Source of the DNA: Calditrichia bacterium
Lineage (GTDB): Bacteria > Calditrichota > Calditrichia > RBG-13-44-9
DNA: 19,043 nucleotides
Direction of reading: 5' to 3'
Assembly: GCA_037381445.1 (NCBI GenBank)
Contig: JARRQT010000056.1
Location: 1 to 19,043, forward strand
Every line of letters starts with the position of its first letter. Within the stretch, counting starts at the first letter, position 1. Shown here piece after piece: positions 7,035 through 15,886 of this stretch. A model generated the notes under the pieces. That model did no database searches. It worked only from the letters and a program-made list of their open reading frames with translations, and was not told the origin of the DNA. A program made the translations under genes and the position numbers.

Positions 7035-8375
7035 CTATCGCTGAATACCATATTTTTTCAGTTTATTATAAAGGGTTACCCGATCAATTCCCAGCAGACT
7101 GGCGGTGCGGGTTACATTCCCCCCGGTTTCTTTTAATACTTTCTGAATATGCAGGCGCTCTACTTCCTCCAGACTGACGCCGTTTCCGGAGCCGTTTGAT
7201 CCGCCATTGAGATGAAGCGGCAAGTCCTCTGTGTGAATTTCCGCCTTTTTCCCAACCACCATGGCCCGCTCAATTGCATTCTCCAGCTCTCTGACATTAC
7301 CGGGCCAGGGATAACTTAACAACATCTGCTGGGCATCCGCGGAAAACTTCTTGACCGGTTTGCTCATGGAGCGCGCATATTTGCGCATGAAGTGCTCAGC
7401 CAGGGGAAGAATATCCGCCCGCCGTTCGCGCAGCGGCGGAATAACAATGGTAAAAACATTGATCCGGTAATACAAATCTTCCCTGAAAATTTCCTGCTCC
7501 ACAAGTTTTTCCAGGTTTTTGTTGGTGGCGCAAATCAGGCGGAAATCCACCTGGATCTCCTCATTTCCGCCCAGCCGGGTAAATCTTTTGCCTTCCAGCA
7601 CGCGCAGCAAGTCCACCTGCATTTTCGAGGTAATGTCACCGATTTCATCCAAAAACAGCGTGCCGCCGTTGGCAAGCTCCAGCTTCCCCTTTCGGCGGTA
7701 CTGGGCGCCGGTAAAAGCCCCCTTTTCATGCCCGAATAATTCACTCTCCAGCAACGTCTCCGGGATCGCGCCGCAATTGACGGCCACTATCGGGAAATAT
7801 CTTCTTTTGCTGTGGCTATGAATGGCCCGGGCAATCAGCTCCTTCCCGGTGCCGCTTTCCCCGCGGATTAGCACTGTTGAATCGGTTTCCGCCACCGTCT
7901 GGACCATTTCGAACACGCGCTTCATTTCTTCGCTCTGCCCGATAATCTCATCAATTCCGGTCAGCTCGGAAATCTTCTCTTTGAGGTTTTGATTTTCCTC
8001 CGTAAGGTCCTTCTGCTTCAGCGCATTTCGAATCAGCCGCGATAAATCATCAGGATCGAACGGTTTGGTGACATAATCAAACGCTCCCAGCTTCAGCGCT
8101 TCCACCGCCGTATCCACCGAAGCATAGGCCGTCATGATGATAATGATGGCATTGGGATCGATGTCTTTAATTTTCTTTTGCAGGGTGATGCCATCCATAC
8201 CGGGCATTTTGATATCCAGCAAAATAAGATCATAAGGTCCCGCATGCATTTTAGTCAATGCATCTTCGGCACTTTCCGCACTTTTTACGTTAAATCCGTC
8301 TTCCAGAAACCACTCCTCCAGAGAAGATCTCACGGAAAGTTCATCATCAACGATGAGTATTTTGGTTTGTCTCAT
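7035..8375 (-). CDS. Sigma54-dependent response regulator (NtrC/AtoC family; REC-AAA+-Fis HTH)
   Basis: REC (IVDDE, LLDIKMPGMDG, KPF), Walker A GESGTGKE, ESELFGHEKGAFTGA, LFLDEI, WPGNVRELEN, C-terminal HTH. Confidence 0.96.
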   Translation of the reverse strand: MRQTKILIVDDELSVRSSLEEWFLEDGFNVKSAESAEDALTKMHAGPYDLILLDIKMPGMDGITLQKKIKDIDPNAIIIIMTAYASVDTAVEALKLGAFDYVTKPFDPDDLSRLIRNALKQKDLTEENQNLKEKISELTGIDEIIGQSEEMKRVFEMVQTVAETDSTVLIRGESGTGKELIARAIHSHSKRRYFPIVAVNCGAIPETLLESELFGHEKGAFTGAQYRRKGKLELANGGTLFLDEIGDITSKMQVDLLRVLEGKRFTRLGGNEEIQVDFRLICATNKNLEKLVEQEIFREDLYYRINVFTIVIPPLRERRADILPLAEHFMRKYARSMSKPVKKFSADAQQMLLSYPWPGNVRELENAIERAMVVGKKAEIHTEDLPLHLNGGSNGSGNGVSLEEVERLHIQKVLKETGGNVTRTASLLGIDRVTLYNKLKKYGIQR

Positions 8376-8397
8376 TTTCTACAGTCCCCGAAATCTT

Positions 8398-10026
8398 TTA
8401 ATTTTCTTCTTTTGGCTGTATCGGCAATTCAATAAAAAATGACGTGCCTTCTTTTTCTTTGGACTCTACATAGATTTTTCCATTGTGCCGCTGAATAATA
8501 CCGTACACAACCGCCAAGCCAAGACCAACGCCTTTCTGGTCTCTTTTGGTGCTGAAAAAGGGCTCGAAGATCTTGTCCTTTACACCCTCTGGGATTCCTA
8601 CCCCGGTATCCTTCACACTTAGCAGAACGCGGTCCGGATTTCGGGGCATATTTCTGGCGGCTATTTCCAGTTCGCCGCCATCCGGCATCGCTTCCACTGC
8701 ATTGACCAAAAGCGCCACCAGCGCCTGAAGTAACTGGTCCGGATCGCATACAATTTTATCGGGATTGATCTCAATGGAACTGCGACCTTCAATTTTTCCT
8801 AGTTTCATATGATGCTGCACAATCCCCATGGCCCGGTCCACGATCTCCTTCAGAGGCCATTCCTGGAAATTCACTGATGTTCCCCGTGCAAAAGCCAGCA
8901 GATTTCGCACAATGTTTCCGCACCGCATGGATTCAGATTCAATGAGCTGCAGCTCTTTGAGGATTTTTTCGCAATCACCGTTTGCAGAATAGCTTTTGGA
9001 AATTCTTTTTTGAAGCAATTTCGAATAGGTCACAATACCCGCCAGGGGATTGTTCAGCTCATGGGCAACCGTCGCAGCCATTTTCCCCAGAGAAGACATT
9101 TTTTCCACCTGCAGCATACCGCGATGCATCCTTTCCAGTTCCTCAGTTTTCTCCTCCACCCTGACTGCCAACCGGTTGGACCAGTTCTTAAGCTCGGTAT
9201 AAGCCCGCTTCAGATTTTCTGCCATGTTGTTAAAAGAGCGTGCCAGCATTCCCAATTCATCTTTACGCTGCATGTCAATTCTGTAGTCAAGATCTCCCAC
9301 CGCGAGACGAACCGTACCGGTTTTCAGTGTATTAATAGGACGGTAAATGATGAGGTAAACAACAATCGCAAAAAGAATCATCGCCAGAATGATAAGCCCT
9401 GTTGAAAGGGTGAAAACCGTCAGCCGCGTCTGGGATAGCGCCTGGTCCAGTTCTTCAAGAGACATCTGAACGTCAAGCACGCCGAGAATGGTCTGGTCCT
9501 TCGAGTGCGCATGACAAACCTGATTGCTGCATTCAGGGGCATTTCGTATGGGATTGATCAAACCCATTATCCGCCTGCCATCCGTAGCCCGGTAGATACG
9601 TGTTTTTTTCTGCATGGGAAGCGAAACGATGGGTTGGTTGGCAGCATGACAGGCGTAGCAAGCCTCAGCTTTCATATCAACAATCCTTCCGGTTTCGGAT
9701 GGCTTTGTCGAAAAAGTAATTTCCCCTTTTTTATTATAGATGCGGACCAGTTCAATCCCCGGCTCGTCACCGATACTTACGATTGTATGAAAAAGTTCTT
9801 CCCTTTCATTCTGAAGCATCAGACGGTACAGGGATTTCTTTATCACATCGCTTACACGATAAGCGCTCTGTCCGACTGTGTTTTCGTAAATGTGAACCTG
9901 CCGCGTTGAATACAGCGTGCTGTATAAAACGAATAATACCATCACCAGCAATAACAAGATCATAAACAGTTTAAAACTGAGCGATCTGTAAAATCCTATT
10001 ATATGTTTTTTAGCTTTGCGGCGCAT
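8398..10026 (-). CDS. Sensor histidine kinase: TM - extracytoplasmic heme-c-motif sensor - TM - HAMP - HisKA - HATPase
   Basis: Two TM helices flanking a domain with CYACH and CSNQVCH; HAMP (DELGMLARSFNNM); H-box VAHELNNP; N-box NAVEAM; DTGVGI, FEPFFSTK, GVGLGL. Confidence 0.95.
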   Translation of the reverse strand: MRRKAKKHIIGFYRSLSFKLFMILLLLVMVLFVLYSTLYSTRQVHIYENTVGQSAYRVSDVIKKSLYRLMLQNEREELFHTIVSIGDEPGIELVRIYNKKGEITFSTKPSETGRIVDMKAEACYACHAANQPIVSLPMQKKTRIYRATDGRRIMGLINPIRNAPECSNQVCHAHSKDQTILGVLDVQMSLEELDQALSQTRLTVFTLSTGLIILAMILFAIVVYLIIYRPINTLKTGTVRLAVGDLDYRIDMQRKDELGMLARSFNNMAENLKRAYTELKNWSNRLAVRVEEKTEELERMHRGMLQVEKMSSLGKMAATVAHELNNPLAGIVTYSKLLQKRISKSYSANGDCEKILKELQLIESESMRCGNIVRNLLAFARGTSVNFQEWPLKEIVDRAMGIVQHHMKLGKIEGRSSIEINPDKIVCDPDQLLQALVALLVNAVEAMPDGGELEIAARNMPRNPDRVLLSVKDTGVGIPEGVKDKIFEPFFSTKRDQKGVGLGLAVVYGIIQRHNGKIYVESKEKEGTSFFIELPIQPKEEN

Positions 10027-10326
10027 ATACCATGTAAAATTTTTCTCTATTGAAATTAAAATATTTTGTTATTATTCTCAACATATTAAATTTTTTCTGC
10101 AATATTTCATAATAAGATTCAAAAAGAAACAATTAAGCGTAAAAAATAACAAAACTCACTCTTTGCGTATGACAATTGAAAATTGCTTGCTGTGCCCGGC
10201 ATGTATCCAACATATATTCGCCTTTAAATTATCATTTTAAACTCTTAAATTCGAACAGACAGAATGGCCATTTCTTGCTTGTTGCCGCATGCTGTCAAAG
10301 ATTCTAGCACTTATTGGAGGAACAGG

Positions 10327-10890
10327 ATGAAACAGCGTTGTGCCTGGGGTACGAAAGACCCGCTCTATTTGGAATATCATGACAAAGAATGGGGCGTTCC
10401 CGTTCATGATGATCGTTTGCTTTTCGAATTTCTGATTCTGGAGGGGGCGCAGGCTGGCCTGAGCTGGTCAACCATTCTCCGGAAAAGAGACAACTACCGG
10501 AAGGCCTATGATAATTTCGACGCCAAAAGAATTGCCCGATATCAGGAAGCTAAGGTCGCCGAACTTCTGTCGGATTCCGGCATTGTTCGAAACCGCCGGA
10601 AAATTGAAGCGAGTATTCAGAATGCCAAATGCTTCCTCGAGGTTCAGAAGGAGTTCGGCAGCTTCGATGCTTATATCTGGCGGTTTGTGGGCGGGAAACC
10701 TAAGATCAATGCCTGGAAGCAACTTAATGACATCCCTTCCAAAACACCGGAGTCGGACGCGATGAGCAAGGATCTGGTGAAACGGGGATTCAAATTTGTG
10801 GGATCGACCATTTGTTATGCTTTCATGCAGGCGGTGGGAATGGTGAATGATCATACTGTGGATTGCTTCCGCTATAAGGAATTATCATAA
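10327..10890 (+). CDS. tag: DNA-3-methyladenine glycosylase I
   Basis: RCAW, YHDKEWG, LEGAQAGLSW, IVRNRRKI, GFKFVG, MQAVGMVNDH..C; start placed at ATG 10327 behind GGAGG rather than at 10264. Confidence 0.95.
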   Translation: MKQRCAWGTKDPLYLEYHDKEWGVPVHDDRLLFEFLILEGAQAGLSWSTILRKRDNYRKAYDNFDAKRIARYQEAKVAELLSDSGIVRNRRKIEASIQNAKCFLEVQKEFGSFDAYIWRFVGGKPKINAWKQLNDIPSKTPESDAMSKDLVKRGFKFVGSTICYAFMQAVGMVNDHTVDCFRYKELS

Positions 10891-11199
10891 AACGAATTTG
10901 GGCTGGAAATAAATTATTCGCCGCTCCGGTGTTCGATTCCGAAATCAATATTAATTTTACGCGAAATAGAGGAATACGATAACGGCAGTTAAGGTTTTCG
11001 CCATAATTTTTTGAACTAAGAAGAAACCGCAGAAATCCAGTTAGTTCTATTTTAATTGGCACAGTTTAATCCTGCTCCAAAGAATCAGCCGGCGATTGGC
11101 AAGTGCGAAAATTTTATATTTTTTGAATAGAAAAGTAGAATATTTTGCTTATTTTTGGACGGTAAAAATTGATGCCGTGGTTCTTATAAAAGAAGCAAT

Positions 11200-12099
11200 A
11201 TGGAAGAAATCAATCATCGTACGCAGGAAGCCACCCGGGTAACCTGGGTTGGATTTTTTGTGAACATTTTTCTGACCGTTTTTAAATTCGCGGCCGGAAT
11301 CCTGGGACAGAGCGCGGCAATGATAGCCGATGCCATTCATTCTTTGTCCGACTTTGCCAGCGATATCGTGGTCCTGCTTGGTTTCAGGATCGTAAACAAA
11401 CCCATCGATGAATCCCATGATTACGGGCATGGAAAATTTGAAACGCTATCCACTACTTTTATCGGCCTGATGCTCTTTTTTGTGGGATTGGGAATCTTAT
11501 GGTCCGGAATCGAAGAGATCTGGCGGGCATTCCACGGGATCAGAATTCACGCGCCGGGGCAGATTGCCTTATTTGCTGCCGTTGTATCTATCATTTCTAA
11601 AGAGTTGCTTTTTCGATATACCAGAAAAGTGGGACAGCGCATCAACAGTTCCGCGGTTATTGCCAATGCCTGGCATCACCGGACGGACGTTCTCTCCTCC
11701 ATCGGCACCATGTTTGGAATCGGGGGCGCGATTATATTGGGTGAAAAATGGCGGATTCTGGATCCCCTGGCAGCGGTGGTGGTCAGTTTTTTCATCATCA
11801 AAGTGGCGGTTGAGATCACCCGGCAGAGCCTCAATGAGCTTCTTGAGGCTTCTGTGGATGAAAAAACCAAAAACCGGATTATCCGGATCGCCCATGAAAT
11901 TGAAGGGGCTGAGCATCCCCATGATTTACGGACCAGAAAGATCGGCAATTCCATTGCCATTGACCTGCACGTAAAAGTAAACGAGAAACTTACTATTGTG
12001 GAAGCCCACGACATCTCCACGAAAATCGAGGAGGCGCTTCGCAAAGAGTTCGGTAACGATACTTTTATTTCTGTACACGTAGAGCCTCTGAATGATTAG
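11200..12099 (+). CDS. Cation diffusion facilitator family transporter (FieF-like)
   Basis: SAAMIADAIHSLSD, HDYGHGKFE, ANAWHHRTD, C-terminal dimerisation domain (LRTR, DLHV, EAHDI, VHVEP). Confidence 0.94.
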   Translation: MEEINHRTQEATRVTWVGFFVNIFLTVFKFAAGILGQSAAMIADAIHSLSDFASDIVVLLGFRIVNKPIDESHDYGHGKFETLSTTFIGLMLFFVGLGILWSGIEEIWRAFHGIRIHAPGQIALFAAVVSIISKELLFRYTRKVGQRINSSAVIANAWHHRTDVLSSIGTMFGIGGAIILGEKWRILDPLAAVVVSFFIIKVAVEITRQSLNELLEASVDEKTKNRIIRIAHEIEGAEHPHDLRTRKIGNSIAIDLHVKVNEKLTIVEAHDISTKIEEALRKEFGNDTFISVHVEPLND

Positions 12100-12263
12100 C
12101 GCGAATGAATCCGCTGTAATTGCCTCTGGTCTTCCCTCACATTTCACCAATAAATTTCAGCACTATGTTGGAAATCGGATCAGTATCAGGAATGCCTGGG
12201 ACGAAATTAAACGATTTTTCCAATTTCCTGGCACCTGCGGGCATACCGCTTGATAAAGCCAAC

Positions 12264-12611
12264 TTACAGTTTCTTTTCCAGATATTCTTTCAGCGCCCTG
12301 GCGTTGTTGTGTTCGAGATCTTTCGCCCCATAAATCAGTGTCACTGTGCCCTCTTTCGCCGCTTCCAAAATGCCTTGCCAGCTTTCAGGCTTCTTATCCA
12401 GTTCTTCGAAATAATGCCGGCAAAACTCATCCCATTTTTCCGGATCATGATGAAACCGTTTCCGCAGATCATTGGAAGGAGCAACTTCTTTGTCCCACTC
12501 TTCCACCTTGAGGTCTTCCTTTTTGATTCCTCTCGGCCAAAGCCGGTCCACCAGAAAACGCATGCCATCGGATTTTTCAGCAGCTTCATAAGCCCGCTTG
12601 ATTTTAATCAT
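12264..12611 (-). CDS. DUF488 / YeaO family protein
   Basis: IKIKRAYE, DG.RFLVDRLWPRGIKKE, VAPS.DLR, HNNA; strong SD GGAGGTG places the start at ATG 12611, not 12704. Confidence 0.9.
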   Translation of the reverse strand: MIKIKRAYEAAEKSDGMRFLVDRLWPRGIKKEDLKVEEWDKEVAPSNDLRKRFHHDPEKWDEFCRHYFEELDKKPESWQGILEAAKEGTVTLIYGAKDLEHNNARALKEYLEKKL

Positions 12612-12646
12612 GTTAAAACACCTCCGGTTTTGCTTTTCAAACGATC

Positions 12647-12664
12647 GTAGATTTGTAAATCTGA
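12647..12664. promoter_or_regulatory. Possible Rrf2 operator upstream of the DUF488 gene
   Basis: GTAGAT-TTGTAA-ATCTGA; core AGAT-N6-ATCT matches the AGAY-N6-RTCT core of the sites at 13740 and 14292. Confidence 0.4.
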
Positions 12665-12713
12665 TATGATGCAAATGCTGGAATGTTCGGCCTGCCGGAT
12701 TCACCGGATGGCA

Positions 12714-13664
12714 CTATAGCATCTTCTTCTCCAGATCAATCGCTTTCGGAAAGAGAATATTGTTCTCCAGGTGAATATGCTGATGCAGATCGTCTTCAAA
12801 CGCTTTCAATTCGCTGTAAACCATACTGTAGGTGGCGCAGCCGTCCGCCGGAAGTTTGTAATTGCCGCTCAGCCGGCTGATTTCCTCCATGGCCTCGCCC
12901 GCCGACTGGTGTTCTGCTTCCATCATGCGGACGGGATTTTCGATAGTGCCGAATCCCGGCACAGGAGCGGAACCGCCATTCCGTTTTGCTGCCGCAAGCT
13001 GCCTGATATATGGAAACAGAATGCGCTCCTCTTTCATCATGTGACTTTCCAGTTCTATTTTTACCGCCGAAAACATCTCGTTAATACGGCTCAGTTCATG
13101 ATGAGTCGCGCCGTGCGCCTCAACCAGCTTCGACAGGTATTGGGGCAATTCAGCCAAAGCTCGCCTCACATACGCATGATGATTGTTCACGATGTAATCC
13201 GCCAGGAAATCAAGCTCCCAGGTGTCAAAGTGGTTCACCGAATTCATTTCCAAAATACCTTCCATCTCCTGCAATGCTGCACGAACCTTATCGGGATCAA
13301 TTCCTTTCTCCTCACAGGCCTCTGTAACAGTCTTTTTGCCGCCGCAGCAGAAATCAAGTCCGTACCTTTTAAAAACTTCCGCCGTGCGAAAATCCCTGGT
13401 GACAATCTTCCCTAATGTCTCTTCCACCGGTTTTTCCAACCTGGCAATCTGCACCTTCCAGGCTTCCGGACCTTCTTCCAGATAATTCCAGGAAAACTCA
13501 CCCGGACGTTCTTTTGAGAATTTGTAAAATAATGGTTTGGGATCGTGGTCGTTTACCAAAATGAACTTTTCTCCCTGCGCCATTTGGCTGAATCTGTCAA
13601 ATATCTCGGTGTGTTTTTCGCCCGATTTAAGCAACCTGACATCTAAAATATCTGTTGTTTCCAT
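12714..13664 (-). CDS. ric: Iron-sulfur cluster repair di-iron protein (Ric/YtfE/ScdA) with extra N-terminal DUF2249-like domain
   Basis: N-terminal LDVR...LVNDHDPKPL...GP..W.V.I; LDFCCGGK; hemerythrin ligands HH, HMMKEE.ILFP, EH, HIHLENN.LFP. Confidence 0.93.
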   Translation of the reverse strand: METTDILDVRLLKSGEKHTEIFDRFSQMAQGEKFILVNDHDPKPLFYKFSKERPGEFSWNYLEEGPEAWKVQIARLEKPVEETLGKIVTRDFRTAEVFKRYGLDFCCGGKKTVTEACEEKGIDPDKVRAALQEMEGILEMNSVNHFDTWELDFLADYIVNNHHAYVRRALAELPQYLSKLVEAHGATHHELSRINEMFSAVKIELESHMMKEERILFPYIRQLAAAKRNGGSAPVPGFGTIENPVRMMEAEHQSAGEAMEEISRLSGNYKLPADGCATYSMVYSELKAFEDDLHQHIHLENNILFPKAIDLEKKML

Positions 13665-13739
13665 GATATATCTCCTTATTTACATTTTGTTTTTCCGGTA
13701 GCAAAGTGCTTAGATCCAAATATTTTTAATATTAACCAT

Positions 13740-13757
13740 TAAGACTCTTTTATCTTA
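13740..13757. promoter_or_regulatory. Putative Rrf2 operator upstream of ric
   Basis: TAAGAC-TCTTTT-ATCTTA, one mismatch from the TAAGAC-N6-GTCTTA palindrome at the rrf2 promoter. Confidence 0.65.
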
Positions 13758-13812
13758 TTTATGAATGGTCCTTAATTCTATCAGAATGTTTGATGGCACT
13801 CACTGCCTCCGA

Positions 13813-14274
13813 TTAATTGTGAATGGGATTTGGACTGACATTGATATCGGTGAGACGCAGGTCATTATTCCTGATTTTCACCGCCAGATTTGCCAGGCTG
13901 GTCGCCGCAAACATGTCCTTCAGTTCTTCGCGGGTCTCCGCCCACTGGTCGTGCAGCGGACATGGTTTTTGTTCTCCGCAACCGGGCAAACCAAGAATAC
14001 ACTGTTGAAATATTTTCATGCCGTCTATGGCAGAAATGATCTCCAGGATGGTAATTTGCTCCGCCGGGCGGGACAACGAAACACCGCCATTGGGTCCGCG
14101 ATATGAATGCATGATATCGTTTTGCGTGAGAATCTGCAGTATCTTGGTCAGAAAATGAAACGAAATATCCAGTTTCTCGGAAATCTCCCGGATGGGAACA
14201 AATTTTCGCTCCTCCATAGTGGCCACAAACAGAGAAGCACGCAGACCGTATACGCATGTTTTTGATAAGAGCAT
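13813..14274 (-). CDS. Rrf2 family transcriptional regulator with three Cys plus His (probable Fe-S binding)
   Basis: YGLRA, wHTH (FLTKILQ.L), SYRGPNGG, C-x6-C-x5-C-PLH. Start set at ATG 14274 because the promoter lies inside the longer ORF call. Confidence 0.93.
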   Translation of the reverse strand: MLLSKTCVYGLRASLFVATMEERKFVPIREISEKLDISFHFLTKILQILTQNDIMHSYRGPNGGVSLSRPAEQITILEIISAIDGMKIFQQCILGLPGCGEQKPCPLHDQWAETREELKDMFAATSLANLAVKIRNNDLRLTDINVSPNPIHN

Positions 14275-14283
14275 TTTTTCAAT

Positions 14284-14317
14284 CCTATATTTAAGACTGT
14301 TTTGTCTTAAATATAGG
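14284..14317. promoter_or_regulatory. Perfect 14-bp inverted repeat; putative Rrf2 autoregulatory operator
   Basis: CCTATATTTAAGAC-TGTTTT-GTCTTAAATATAGG, overlapping the -10 box and predicted start site of rrf2. Confidence 0.75.
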
Positions 14318-14338
14318 GATTCCTGCTGCAAATGTCAA
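14310..14338 (-). promoter_or_regulatory. Sigma70 promoter of rrf2
   Basis: On - strand: TTGACA (14338-14333), 17-nt spacer, TATATT (14315-14310). Confidence 0.75.
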
Positions 14339-14433
14339 TATGCAATTTACATTTTATTGAACATCATCCAACAGGTCTCGATATAGGGGCGTTCCCACGG
14401 GATCATATATTATTTTCTTTTAGCGCGCGGTGC

Positions 14434-14462
14434 AAAAAAAGGGGGAAGCTCAGACTTTCCCC
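14434..14462 (-). terminator. Intrinsic terminator of the hem operon
   Basis: On - strand GGGGAAAG-TCTGAG-CTTCCCC(C) followed by T7, about 30 nt after the hemL stop. Confidence 0.7.
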
Positions 14463-14494
14463 AATAAAATTGAAAATTTATTTGATGTGCCAAT

Positions 14495-15790
14495 TTATCC
14501 TGAATAAAACATTTTTAAAGCCCGGTAATTGGCTTCCACAGTTTTTTGGATATCGTCTTCCGAATGAGCCGCCGAAAGGAATGCCGCCTCAAACTGGGAT
14601 GGCGCCAGGTAAATACCCTCTTCAAGCATGCGGCTGAAATACCGCCCGAATTTTTCGGTGTCCGATTTCATGGCGCTGCTGTAATCCACCACGCTATCCG
14701 GCGTGAAGAACAGACAGCTCATGCTGCCAACCCGGGTCATATAAAAGGGCAAATCCAGTTTTTTCAGATTATTGCGCAAGCCCTCTTCGAGCATTTGCGC
14801 TTTTTGTTCCAGATTCACATAAAATTTATCATTATTAATCAAACGAAGTGTTTCCAAACCGGCCCGTACTGCCAGTGGATTTCCGGACAGTGTTCCGGCC
14901 TGATACACCGGTCCGCTGGGCGCTACCTTTTCCATAATGTCACGTTTTCCGCCATAAGCGCCTACCGGCAGGCCCCCGCCGATCACCTTTCCCAAAGTGG
15001 TGAGGTCCGGGGTTATTCCATACAATTCCTGCGCCCCGCCGCGCGCTATCCGGAAACCGGTCATCACCTCATCGAAGATAAGAAGAATTCCGTTTTCCCG
15101 GGTGATTTTCCGCAGTGCTTCCAAGAATCCGGGTTCGGGCGGAATCACCCCCATATTGCCGGCAACCGGTTCAACAATCACTGCCGCAATCTCACCGGGG
15201 AATTCCTCAACCAGTTTTGTTACCGATTCAATATCATTGAAATCAGCCAGCAGCGTGTCGGCAACTGTTCCCGGAGTTACCCCCGGACTGTTTGGAATTC
15301 CAAGGGTTGTGGCACCGGAACCGGCCTGGATCAGAAAGCTGTCGCCATGGCCGTGATAGCAACCCACAAACTTGATGATTTTATTCCGCCCGGTATAGCC
15401 CCGGGCGAGCCGCACTGCGCTCATGGTAGCTTCGGTGCCGGAGTTCACCAGCCGCACGACCTCGATGGAGGGCACCATTTCAATGATCAGCTCGGCCAAT
15501 TCGATTTCAATTTCAGTTGGAGCGCCAAAACTGGTCGCTTTGGCAGCTTCATCCTGAATGGCTTTCACCACCCGGGGATGGCTGTAGCCCAGAATCAGCG
15601 GTCCCCAGGAGCCCACATAATCGATGTATTCATTTCCATCCACATCGTATATTTTTGAACCTTTGCCATGAGACAAAAACAGTGGATTTCCGCCCACCGA
15701 TTTAAAGGCCCGAACCGGTGAATTGACGCCGCCGGGAATACTTTTATTGGCACGTTCAAACAAGGTTTTGCTTTTTGAATAGTCTCGCAT
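14495..15790 (-). CDS. hemL: Glutamate-1-semialdehyde 2,1-aminomutase
   Basis: [41 protein letters not shown] lysine in [25 protein letters not shown]. Confidence 0.98.
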   Translation of the reverse strand: MRDYSKSKTLFERANKSIPGGVNSPVRAFKSVGGNPLFLSHGKGSKIYDVDGNEYIDYVGSWGPLILGYSHPRVVKAIQDEAAKATSFGAPTEIEIELAELIIEMVPSIEVVRLVNSGTEATMSAVRLARGYTGRNKIIKFVGCYHGHGDSFLIQAGSGATTLGIPNSPGVTPGTVADTLLADFNDIESVTKLVEEFPGEIAAVIVEPVAGNMGVIPPEPGFLEALRKITRENGILLIFDEVMTGFRIARGGAQELYGITPDLTTLGKVIGGGLPVGAYGGKRDIMEKVAPSGPVYQAGTLSGNPLAVRAGLETLRLINNDKFYVNLEQKAQMLEEGLRNNLKKLDLPFYMTRVGSMSCLFFTPDSVVDYSSAMKSDTEKFGRYFSRMLEEGIYLAPSQFEAAFLSAAHSEDDIQKTVEANYRALKMFYSG

Positions 15791-15806
15791 CGATAACTCC
15801 TCTTAC

Positions 15807-15841
15807 GATTTCAGATTGCTGAATTCAGATTGCAGATTGCT
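15807..15841. repeat. Five degenerate tandem heptamers (consensus GATTGCW)
   Basis: GATTTCA GATTGCT GAATTCA GATTGCA GATTGCT. Confidence 0.75.
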
Positions 15842-15842
15842 C

Positions 15843-15872
15843 GTCCGTTGTCCATTGTTAGTTGTCCGTTGC
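15843..15872. repeat. Four tandem heptamers (consensus GTCCGTT); downstream arm of an inverted repeat around the four-helix-bundle gene
   Basis: GTCCGTT GTCCATT GTTAGTT GTCCGTT GC. Confidence 0.8.
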
Positions 15873-15886
15873 TTTTTTAGCTAATT

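Noticed and set aside
10016..10240. 74-aa ORF in the kinase-tag divergent region (and 10823-11062)
   Set aside because: AT-rich intergenic sequence, no SD and no protein-like motifs.
14275..14331. N-terminal extension of Rrf2 in the ORF track (likewise 10264-10326, 12612-12704, 16250-16342)
   Set aside because: The extensions overlap promoter, operator, SD or repeat sequences, and family similarity begins at the downstream ATGs.
14546..15658. 370-aa + strand ORF
   Set aside because: Antisense shadow of hemL; no motifs. The same applies to 12771-13415, 12120-12650 and 16846-17418.
15807..15872. CRISPR array or DGR
   Set aside because: Contiguous 7-nt units without spacers, no cas genes, and no reverse transcriptase or TR/VR pair in the window.
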